In this document: positions 8,614 through 16,388 of the stretch, piece by piece
Numbering within the stretch: position 1 is the first letter of the stretch
Layout: the number at the start of each line of letters is the position of its first letter
Origin: Bdellovibrionales bacterium
Lineage (GTDB): Bacteria > Bdellovibrionota > Bdellovibrionia > Bdellovibrionales > UBA1609
Direction of reading: 5' to 3'
NCBI GenBank assembly: GCA_050246815.1
Contig: JBFWVI010000006.1
Span: 1-25,968 of the forward strand
DNA: 25,968 nt
Notes under the pieces: model-generated
What the model was told of the DNA's origin: nothing
Seen by the model: only the letters and a program-made list of their open reading frames with translations
Databases searched by the model: none
Translations under genes and position numbers: made by a program

Positions 8614-9773
8614 TTTTGAACAGTACTGTCCTTAGAATTAATTTCTTTTGTTAAGTGAAATGCGCGCTTAACAAAGGCGGGCTCTTTGATTTGCTGCAGG
8701 TGCACACGCGCCCTTTCAAACTCACCGACATTTGCTAATCCAAAAGCAACGGCGTATCTAGCCTCGTCAGACTCAAGCACGGGTGTCTTGCTTAAGTTTG
8801 AATCTAGACTTGCCGCCAAGGGCCATTGATCTTGGTCGACAGCTTGAGCCAGTTGGAAACGCAGATAACGAGTGTCATCGGGAATCTGCAGCGCATACCA
8901 CTGCGCCATCCTAGGCTTGCCACGCTGGCGCAATAGTTCCGCCGCATGAAAGTTAAACTCACGTCTTTGTCGCGCCAATGTCGCGAATAAATCGGTCACG
9001 GCTTGCAGCCAACCGCGTTGGTAATATCCAGCAATAAGGGCCTGAAGAACCAGCGGATCTGCCGGCCAACGTAATCGTGCTAGTTCCAACAGCTCCAAGT
9101 GCAGCTGAGGAACCGAACTAAAAATCTCAGCCAAGCCGATTGCCTGAGAGGCCGTTGCACCCGGCCGTGCAATTAAGTCCTGAGCTCGATGGAAGGCTTC
9201 ATTCTGGATATGCTGCGAAAACAAAAGATTCACTTGTTGATACTGCCATGCCGACACAGAAAAGTTTTTCTCTCCCCACTTCAAGACCCCCCAGGCTGAA
9301 GCCACCTGGCTGATCTTGACATAACACCGATAGGCTCGCCACAGATCAGATTCAGTTGCAGATTTAAAGCCCTCAACTTCGTCGACAAATTCGGCGCAGG
9401 CATTAAAGTTACCCATTTGTTCTTCGATGCGGGCCTGCATCCAGCGCAACTCCGCGACCTCAACGATTTGCACGTTGTTTGCTTGCATTCGCGCACTTAT
9501 AGCCAAGACCATCAACGCTTGCGCCTCATGCCATTTTTTTGATTGATAGGCGATCTCGGCGCGAATCCAATATTCAAGGCCAAGGCTTTTTGATTTCTCT
9601 TGCTTAGAAAGAAGTCGTACCTGCTCGTAAGCAACTTGCAATTTTTCTTCTTTCAAAAGCTGCTTTACTAATATTGCCCCTTCAAGTTCGTCATACCTTG
9701 AATTCAGTAAAATATCCGTGGCCTCGGCCACAAAAGGAAGCGTCAGCAAAATAAGCAGGAGACTCTTGAGCAT
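8610..9773 (-). CDS. Secreted TPR-like helical protein (positional TtpD equivalent)
   Basis: 387 aa. Signal peptide MLKSLLLILLTLPFVAEA, TPR-like helices (YWIRAEIAYQSKKWHEA; YAVAFGLANVGEFERARVHL). Last gene of the TonB operon, directly after tonB. Confidence 0.7.
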   Translation of the reverse strand: MLKSLLLILLTLPFVAEATDILLNSRYDELEGAILVKQLLKEEKLQVAYEQVRLLSKQEKSKSLGLEYWIRAEIAYQSKKWHEAQALMVLAISARMQANNVQIVEVAELRWMQARIEEQMGNFNACAEFVDEVEGFKSATESDLWRAYRCYVKISQVASAWGVLKWGEKNFSVSAWQYQQVNLLFSQHIQNEAFHRAQDLIARPGATASQAIGLAEIFSSVPQLHLELLELARLRWPADPLVLQALIAGYYQRGWLQAVTDLFATLARQRREFNFHAAELLRQRGKPRMAQWYALQIPDDTRYLRFQLAQAVDQDQWPLAASLDSNLSKTPVLESDEARYAVAFGLANVGEFERARVHLQQIKEPAFVKRAFHLTKEINSKDSTVQN

Positions 9774-9786
9774 TTTTTACGTTACC

Positions 9787-10398
9787 TCAATTTAGTTCAA
9801 AGCGGATTTTTTGCATCGACCATTCCGCTACCGCCTGCCCACCCCTTAGCGCCGGCGCAAAACGCCAATTGCGCACGGCACTCAATGCAGCCTGGTCAAA
9901 GGCTCCCGGCGGCGTACTTTCCACCACGCTGATTGCCGTCATCTCTCCACTGGGTTGTATCAAAACCTTCACTATGACCGAGCCACTGATCCCGCGGCGA
10001 CGGGCGTCTTCGGGATAAGACAAAGGGCCGCGCGTCAATACCCGCACGGCCTGATCCACTCTGGCCTCTTGAACCAGCTGCCCGGCCGCGGCACCAAGCC
10101 CGCCGCCGCCGATACCACCACCATTGCCATGACCGAATCCTAAACCAAATCCAGACGGCGTGGCCGCCTGATCGGCGCTCATGGACTGCGGCGCTAAAGC
10201 CCGCATTGGATCTTGTGTTGGTTGTGCCTGAGTTGGAATTTCAGCTTGCGTTTCGGGCGGCAAAGCAACCGCAAGGATAGGCTTATTCTTCAGCGGCGCG
10301 AACTCAGGATCGATGAGGCTTGGGTCTGCAGCCATCACTGCAATCGCAACCACGAAGACCAACACGGCACAAATAAAAAATAATTTTAAAATCCGCAA
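9787..10398 (-). CDS. tonB: Energy transducer TonB (short, TonB2-like)
   Basis: C-terminal TonB domain YPEDARRRGISGSVIVKVLIQPSG...FDQAALSAVRNWRFAPA...IRFEL, N-terminal hydrophobic anchor and Gly-rich linker. TTG 10398 preferred as start because AGGGG precedes it; the ORF track gives 10449. Confidence 0.88.
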   Translation of the reverse strand: MRILKLFFICAVLVFVVAIAVMAADPSLIDPEFAPLKNKPILAVALPPETQAEIPTQAQPTQDPMRALAPQSMSADQAATPSGFGLGFGHGNGGGIGGGGLGAAAGQLVQEARVDQAVRVLTRGPLSYPEDARRRGISGSVIVKVLIQPSGEMTAISVVESTPPGAFDQAALSAVRNWRFAPALRGGQAVAEWSMQKIRFELN

Positions 10399-10418
10399 AG
10401 CAACACCCCTTTGTCTTT

Positions 10419-11273
10419 TTACAGGCGTGCAAGCCGGAAAAACAACCATGCCACCACAGCAAACAGCATAACCAGAACGATGATCGGCAATAGACCAGCA
10501 GCTTGGTCAACCCAGGTGGATGCCTTCGTCAATTGAACCGAGGAGCGCAAACTATCAAAGACATAGAGCGGGGTCAGTCCGGCCTCTTGAGTAGCGGCAG
10601 AAAGCCAACCACTAAGCCAAGAACTACGTTTTTGCTCAACCACACGCAGGTGTCCTGAACTTGGCCCCAAAACTTCGACCCCGTCGCCGCCGGGCACCAA
10701 CGCCGCAGCCGCGCCCACACGAATGATGGGTCCCGCCTGCAGCTGTTCAGCTTTATCTAAATAAGCACCTGGCTGCAGCCGAACCGAGCTGATGTCTTCC
10801 AGAAGCGCTAAAGCCAACTGTGCTCTTGCTTGGACTTGCGCCAAGCTTTTAGTCTCATCCGTCAAGTCATCAGGTTGAAGAGTCTCAGCGTAAGCTTGTT
10901 GTTCGCGGACTTCCAATAAAAGCTGCGCCATTTTTTTTCCAAGATTATCTAGATCCGTTGACTGACTTAAAATTTCACGGCGCTGCTTTTCTTCGTTTTG
11001 CACCTTCAATGTCAATTTTTCATTCTCAGCCTGCAAAGCAACTAATTCCTTTTCAGCTAAACGAAGACGGCTTTCAGTTTGATTTCTCTCAACACGAGCG
11101 CGCTGGTCAATTTTTTTGCGCTGCTGCGAAAGCTGATCGCGAACGTCAAATAAAAATTTTTGCTCGCGCCGATAGGCCTGCTCAAGCTCCTCTTGAGCCG
11201 GTGTAGCAAATGCCTGTCCAATGTTTATCAATGCCGCGATGATTAGAATTTTTTTTGCTGTACACATCTTCAT
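10419..11273 (-). CDS. TtpC-like periplasmic coiled-coil protein with a single C-terminal TM helix (no ExbB/MotA channel helices)
   Basis: 284 aa. Signal peptide (..GQAFA), long coiled coil, GAYLDKAEQLQAGPIIRVGAAAAL and TPLYVFD...TWVDQAAG resembling the N-terminal region of TtpC-type proteins, then one TM helix and stop. Follows the DUF3450-like gene with an ATGA overlap. Confidence 0.65.
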   Translation of the reverse strand: MKMCTAKKILIIAALINIGQAFATPAQEELEQAYRREQKFLFDVRDQLSQQRKKIDQRARVERNQTESRLRLAEKELVALQAENEKLTLKVQNEEKQRREILSQSTDLDNLGKKMAQLLLEVREQQAYAETLQPDDLTDETKSLAQVQARAQLALALLEDISSVRLQPGAYLDKAEQLQAGPIIRVGAAAALVPGGDGVEVLGPSSGHLRVVEQKRSSWLSGWLSAATQEAGLTPLYVFDSLRSSVQLTKASTWVDQAAGLLPIIVLVMLFAVVAWLFFRLARL

Positions 11274-12025
11274 TGGATCTCCATTGCGGCCGGTGACGCT
11301 AACCCAGGAACTTCAAACCAGCCATGACGCATTTGTTTTTTAAAACGCATTAGAATACGTTCGATCGAGTTCTTTATTTCATGATTATCGGTCATGTTTA
11401 AAGTCCATGCGCCAGACCGAAATTGGGAAAACCCGACGCGCTTTTGCGGATCGGCGAAGACCATCGACACCATGCCAAACCGTGCAAGTTCAACGGTTCT
11501 GATTTCACCATTCACTTTTAAAGGCATCACGACAAATTCATTCCGCCTTGCCAGTTGAATTTCTTTCTCGGTAATCGCCCAAAGCTCCTGGGCCAGACGT
11601 GATGGACTGGATGTTCCTTGCAGCAAACCTTGTCGCCAATTTTCCAGTCGCAATAATCGATCCTCAAGTTGAAATGGCAAGCTTGTTTTGACATACCGAG
11701 AGAGGCGTTCATGCCAAGCCTTAAACGCATCCACCAAAGTCGCGCGCACGCCTGGCAGGGTTTCTTCACGCAAAACCTGCAGCCGAGCCTTCAATTGCAA
11801 GTTTTTTAGCTTTTCTTTCTGAATTTGCGCGTCAACCTCAACCCATCGGCCTCGAGGTGCTTCGATTTCGGCCTTCGCTTGAGCCTGCGCACTTTCAATC
11901 TCGCGGTTGAGCTGTTCGATTTCTCCACGCAAAAAAACAATCTCAGCACCAATTTTATTTAATTGAATCGGTTCTGCCTGAGCGGCAATCAGCATGAGTC
12001 CCATCAAATATATGATCATCGTCAC
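11270..12025 (-). CDS. DUF3450 family / TtpB-like periplasmic coiled-coil protein
   Basis: 251 aa. Signal peptide, coiled coil, then LSRYVKTSLPFQLEDRLLRL and VELARFGMVSMVF...W, recognisable as the DUF3450 core pattern. GTGA overlap with the exbD stop. Confidence 0.75.
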   Translation of the reverse strand: MTMIIYLMGLMLIAAQAEPIQLNKIGAEIVFLRGEIEQLNREIESAQAQAKAEIEAPRGRWVEVDAQIQKEKLKNLQLKARLQVLREETLPGVRATLVDAFKAWHERLSRYVKTSLPFQLEDRLLRLENWRQGLLQGTSSPSRLAQELWAITEKEIQLARRNEFVVMPLKVNGEIRTVELARFGMVSMVFADPQKRVGFSQFRSGAWTLNMTDNHEIKNSIERILMRFKKQMRHGWFEVPGLASPAAMEIQ

Positions 12026-12435
12026 TCCTCCAAGGGTCGATCAGTGGTCACAGCCAGATGCTTGACACCAGACGATTTGACCCAATCCAGTACCCGAATA
12101 ATTTGTCCATAATCAGCGGATTGGTCTGCCGCGACAATTGCCTGCACCTCGGGATTTTTGCCAACTTCAATTGCGGCCTGGGCCCGAAGGTTGACTTCAT
12201 CCACTTCGGCATTGTTCAGGTGCAGGCGACCATCGGCTGTGACCGCTATTTGCAATGAGGAGGGTTCGCCGTCTTCTGCAGAGCCCGCAGCCGGTAAGTC
12301 GACGACTAAGTTGGGCTTCATCATCGCGGGGGATGTGACCATAAAGATAATCAAAACCACGAGAATAATATCGACTAAGGGAACCACGTTGATGTCGGCG
12401 ATAACTTCGTCACTGTCACTACTTTTCGCGGCCAT
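12022..12435 (-). CDS. exbD: Biopolymer transport protein ExbD/TolR
   Basis: ADINVVPLVDIILVVLIIFMVT with the conserved TM Asp; VDLP; AADQSADYGQIIRVLDWVKSSGV. ATG 12435 preceded by GGGAG. Confidence 0.92.
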   Translation of the reverse strand: MAAKSSDSDEVIADINVVPLVDIILVVLIIFMVTSPAMMKPNLVVDLPAAGSAEDGEPSSLQIAVTADGRLHLNNAEVDEVNLRAQAAIEVGKNPEVQAIVAADQSADYGQIIRVLDWVKSSGVKHLAVTTDRPLEE

Positions 12436-13063
12436 TTTGTACTCCCTGCTGCTTGCTCCAAGCCAAAACAAGATCACGGCAAGAGTCCAGGCTACCCATC
12501 ACCAGTTTAACTTGCCGTTGAAAAAAGTTAAAAGCCAACACGGCGGGAATTGCCACCAGCAGACCCGCAGCAGTGGCAATCAGGGCCGCTGAAATTCCAG
12601 CCATCACGGACTGTTGATTGGCATTGACGGTTTGTGACATATCATTGAAAGCTTTCATGATCCCCAAAACCGTACCAAATAAACCGATATAGGGTGCGTT
12701 TGATCCAACCGTCGCCAAAAACCCCAATGAGCGTTCAAGCTGACTACGCTCCAATTGCGCCACAGTAGAAAAAATTTCTGACAGGCCCTCATGATGACCA
12801 CTACGCGCCTGTTCGAGCGCAAGTCCTACAGCCCGCCCTTCGATCGACCCCGTGTTGGCCGCGATATCTTCGACGACACTTAAATTGCGCTCTTTCACAG
12901 CTTGCGTAATCTGTTGCCGGTGAAAAAGACTTTGCTTGATCACCGGCTTCAGAGTTGCCCAACGCTCAAAAATCAAGCCTATACTGACCACGGCCAAAAG
13001 CACCAATAGCCAAAGTACTCCTTGGTCGGCTAAACCTGCGACGGCAAAAATTCGTTCCTGCAT
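12419..13063 (-). CDS. exbB: MotA/TolQ/ExbB proton channel protein
   Basis: FLATVGSNAPYIGLFGTVLGIMKAF and AGISAALIATAAGLLVAIPAVLAFNFF; three TM helices. ATG 13063 preceded by AAGGAGG. Confidence 0.92.
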   Translation of the reverse strand: MQERIFAVAGLADQGVLWLLVLLAVVSIGLIFERWATLKPVIKQSLFHRQQITQAVKERNLSVVEDIAANTGSIEGRAVGLALEQARSGHHEGLSEIFSTVAQLERSQLERSLGFLATVGSNAPYIGLFGTVLGIMKAFNDMSQTVNANQQSVMAGISAALIATAAGLLVAIPAVLAFNFFQRQVKLVMGSLDSCRDLVLAWSKQQGVQNGREK

Positions 13064-13064
13064 A

Positions 13065-13802
13065 CTAATCCTCCTTGGCCCCTTCGCGAAGCAAGAGTTG
13101 TTCAATTCTTTTTAAATTCAGCTGCCGGGCAAGTGCCAGCGGCGACAAATCCGTTTGAGTCTTAAAATTCACATCGACTGCATTTTCCAGATCATCTTGA
13201 ATCGATGGTTTATGTTGCAAAAGTGCCCGCACCACCAATTCGCGGTTATTTTGTATGGCGGCTGTCAACGGTGTGTGGCCTGAGCCCGTATCATGAAATT
13301 GTGTTGCCGTGTTTTGTGCCAGTAGGCGTTTGACATCCTGAGTATGTCCACTCATCACTGAAAGCATCAAAGCCACCCGGTCCTGAGCTTCGATTTCGGC
13401 ATTGAAAATCTTAAGGATTACAGGCTGATTTTCTGCGTACTCCTCGGCAAGGCGACCGCTGTCATCCACACTCTTGGCTTCAATGCCTTGCTGAAGAAGC
13501 CAACGCACAACCTTAACCGCACCGACCCGACTGGCCTCGTGCAATGCAGGCCGTCCTTCAATTAATACTTGTCTAAAATCAAATTTTTCGGTCGCCAAAG
13601 ACTCTAGGGATTTCAAATCGCGCGTTTGAATCGCAATGAGCGCGGTCTCAACAGGTTTTTCAAGACGCGGGTCAGAATTATCTGTGGGACTATGCAGTCC
13701 GCCAAAACGCTCGCTTTTATGAACACCGCATGCACTCAGGGTTAGCGTATAAATAAATCCCACCAACGAAAGATTAATAATTGGCGGTAAGCGAAACAAC
13801 AT
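13065..13802 (-). CDS. Ankyrin-repeat lipoprotein
   Basis: Lipobox TLSA-C; ankyrin motifs GRPALHEASRVGAVKVVRWLLQQG, GHTPLTAAIQNNRELVVRALLQH and DVNFKTQTDLSPLALARQLNLKRIEQLLLREGA. ATG 13802 preceded by AGGGGGAG. Confidence 0.85.
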   Translation of the reverse strand: MLFRLPPIINLSLVGFIYTLTLSACGVHKSERFGGLHSPTDNSDPRLEKPVETALIAIQTRDLKSLESLATEKFDFRQVLIEGRPALHEASRVGAVKVVRWLLQQGIEAKSVDDSGRLAEEYAENQPVILKIFNAEIEAQDRVALMLSVMSGHTQDVKRLLAQNTATQFHDTGSGHTPLTAAIQNNRELVVRALLQHKPSIQDDLENAVDVNFKTQTDLSPLALARQLNLKRIEQLLLREGAKED

Positions 13803-16350
13803 AGGCGCTCCCCCTCTTTTGCTCACGCACGACTTCCCCGCCTTGCGTGGCTAAAATTTTTGGATCAAAAATGTTCTTCGCGCGAAAGCCAATGCTAAGT
13901 GCCGCATCCACTTTTTTATTCGCCACTAGATCCACCTGATGCACGGTCTGTTCAAAAACATCCGGTCGCCCGGCCGTGCCCACTTCAGTAATTCGTGGCC
14001 CCAGAGCATTGTATAACACTGTGAACGAGGTCCCGAATGCGGGACGATCATATTGCAGCTGAAAGTTGGCTATCCATGGTGACTGCCCCTGTAATGGACG
14101 TTCACCAGATGTCTGTAGCCCTGCTGCCTCTGGCCCAAGGCTGACCTGCGATTCAATTAATGCAAAATTGGCCATCACAGTGAACCTGCGCAAATTTCGG
14201 CTAAAGCGGCGCAATGCACTGCGCGCTTCAAACTCTAAACCTAGGTTCGTGGCGGATTCGGCATTGGCATAAGTCTTTCGTAAATTGGGGCTAGGTTCAA
14301 AGACCTCTTCGATCGGCGCCTTGAATTGCTTAAAGAAGGCACCGACTGAAATGCTTTCGTCGGTGGACGGGTAGTATTCCCAACGATGATCCAGACTGCG
14401 GATAATTGTCCCTTGAAGTTGTGAGTTGCCGACTGTTTCATAGCCAGACTCTTCGTCAATGAACGGAGCCGTTGAAAGCTCGCGAAATTCAGGACGCGTT
14501 ACAGTTTCACTGTACGCAAGACGCGCACGCCATTGCTCATTCAAACGCCAAGTCAATAAATGCGACGGCAGCCAATCGTCTGTTGTTAATCCTGCGCGTG
14601 AGGTGGGCTGACCTTGATTGAAGTAATAAAAAGTTTTAACCTCTTGTCTGCTGTTTTCATGACGTAGGCCGGTCTGCCAAACCCAATGCTCAGAGATCTT
14701 CCAGTCCATCTCGGCAAATTGGGCGCTTTGCGATTGTTCAGCCGTGTAGGAGTCCGCCGATTCACTCAAGTTCGTCAAAACAAAGCCGTCCGAACGAATT
14801 TCGTCCGGAGCTAGAATTTCCTCAATTGGTCGGGTCAAATCCGGAGTCGCCCCGCTGGGAAAGCGGCTACGGAAGTGCAGTCGCCAAGTGTCCGATCGGC
14901 GTTCTCGCTGAGTCATTTGGGCCCCAGCACTCAACTTCAGTTCGCCTGAACCGAGCCCGTGTCGGTGGGTTAATGAGAACCCTCCTTCTACCGCCTGATC
15001 TTTGAGTTCTGACCAATTGCGCTGATTGCCGTTCGGGCTCAAGTCAAACTCCAAACCCTGGCCGCGATCTTGATAAGTGTATTCTCGTCGATCGGGTTGA
15101 TCACGCTGGGCCTGCGCCCACTGCAAACGCCAGTCTGCAGCCCACGGCGGTTTTTCACCCTTTTCTGAACGGTGCTCAGCACCAAGTTGGGCCACCAGCA
15201 GCTGTCTTTCAACCCAGTCCAACGTGGTTCTTTTTAAATTCCGAATCGAATCATTTTCTCGCTCGATATTTTTCTGCGCCAACTCTTCACTGCTGTGGCG
15301 AAGCATGAGGCCTGTTAAATGCAGGCTGTGGCGTGAGGCCACTTCAACACCCAAATCCAAACTGGCCGCAGCCTTGACCTCATTTTCACTGACTTCGGCT
15401 TGGGCCGCCTCATCACGAGCCAATCGCCCACCACTACCGACGTTAAAGCGCTGACTTTTTTTGCGCGTAGTTTCCCCCGACCGCGAATAACTTAACGAAG
15501 AGGCCCAACCCAGCTGCATCCCATTCACTCGGTGCCCGGCGCCTCCAGCCAATGACAAACCCGGCATTTGGATTTGATCTTCACCCGCGCGTACGCTGTA
15601 TGAATTTTTAAGAAGTCGCCCCATTGCGACCAGCTCTTCACTCGAAAAACCATTGTTAAAAAACGGCGGGTTGTTTTCTGCTAACTGACGGCCAGAGCCT
15701 AGTGCTCTGCGAATTGGTGCCGGCATGGCTCGGGTCCCGTCATCGACGCCCATCCAGTCTGTGCTGCCACCCTTCGCGTCCAGACTTTTACTATTTCCGG
15801 TGAGCGCTTGAGTGACACCTGCACGAAAAAATCTTTTTTGCGGCAACCTTTTGGTGCGCAATTGGATCAGCCCTCCACCGAACTCACCCGGCAATGGAGC
15901 ACTAAAACTTTTTTGCACCACAACACTTTCTAAAATCGCCGTGGGAAACAAATCCAAAGGGACGACTCGTCTGGCAGGCTCCGGACTTGGTAAGCCCGAA
16001 CCATTTAGCGTAACAGCCGAATAGCGCTCACCCATCCCGCGAACATAGATGTATTTACCGTTCATCAGGGTCAGCCCCGTCACGCGCCTCAGACTCGAAC
16101 CCGCATCAGAGTCTCCGCTTCGGGCCATCTGCTCGGATGCCAAAACCTCAGCTACACTGGAACTTTGTCGACGTAACTCAACTAAATCCGCAATCGAACC
16201 CTGGATCTTGGGTGCCAAAACGATGTGCTCTTCAACCTCTTGCTGAATCGAGACTGACTGTGCCAGTGCACTTGATGCTAAAAATAAAATTCCAACTGAC
16301 AGAATCAAAAAAGCAGAAAAGGGGGCGCTTATGACGCCCCCATTTAACAT
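13774..16350 (-). CDS. TonB-dependent outer-membrane receptor
   Basis: Signal peptide (..LASSALA), TonB-box-like EEHIVLA, plug domain (LRRVTGLT...YIYVRGMGERYS...LNG..LPSPEP.RRVVPLDLFP), barrel motifs RLAYSETVTRPEFRELS and AKNIFD, terminal aromatic residue (LTANY). Start uncertain. Confidence 0.92.
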   Translation of the reverse strand: MLNGGVISAPFSAFLILSVGILFLASSALAQSVSIQQEVEEHIVLAPKIQGSIADLVELRRQSSSVAEVLASEQMARSGDSDAGSSLRRVTGLTLMNGKYIYVRGMGERYSAVTLNGSGLPSPEPARRVVPLDLFPTAILESVVVQKSFSAPLPGEFGGGLIQLRTKRLPQKRFFRAGVTQALTGNSKSLDAKGGSTDWMGVDDGTRAMPAPIRRALGSGRQLAENNPPFFNNGFSSEELVAMGRLLKNSYSVRAGEDQIQMPGLSLAGGAGHRVNGMQLGWASSLSYSRSGETTRKKSQRFNVGSGGRLARDEAAQAEVSENEVKAAASLDLGVEVASRHSLHLTGLMLRHSSEELAQKNIERENDSIRNLKRTTLDWVERQLLVAQLGAEHRSEKGEKPPWAADWRLQWAQAQRDQPDRREYTYQDRGQGLEFDLSPNGNQRNWSELKDQAVEGGFSLTHRHGLGSGELKLSAGAQMTQRERRSDTWRLHFRSRFPSGATPDLTRPIEEILAPDEIRSDGFVLTNLSESADSYTAEQSQSAQFAEMDWKISEHWVWQTGLRHENSRQEVKTFYYFNQGQPTSRAGLTTDDWLPSHLLTWRLNEQWRARLAYSETVTRPEFRELSTAPFIDEESGYETVGNSQLQGTIIRSLDHRWEYYPSTDESISVGAFFKQFKAPIEEVFEPSPNLRKTYANAESATNLGLEFEARSALRRFSRNLRRFTVMANFALIESQVSLGPEAAGLQTSGERPLQGQSPWIANFQLQYDRPAFGTSFTVLYNALGPRITEVGTAGRPDVFEQTVHQVDLVANKKVDAALSIGFRAKNIFDPKILATQGGEVVREQKRGSAYVVSLTANY
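16307..16341 (-). terminator. Intrinsic terminator-like hairpin inside the operon
   Basis: Minus strand reads GGGGGCG-tcataag-CGCCCCC followed by TTTTCTGCTTTTTT, beginning 47 nt after the stop of the 16389..17669 gene. Confidence 0.7.
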
Positions 16351-16388
16351 CTTCAATTTTACAAGACACCCGGTATCCACTTTCACGA

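Noticed and set aside
9787..13063. Tol-Pal or Agl/Glt gliding motor
   Set aside because: No tolB, pal or glt-like genes are adjacent. The linked TBDR, DUF3450-like gene and TonB C-domain fit an uptake system better.
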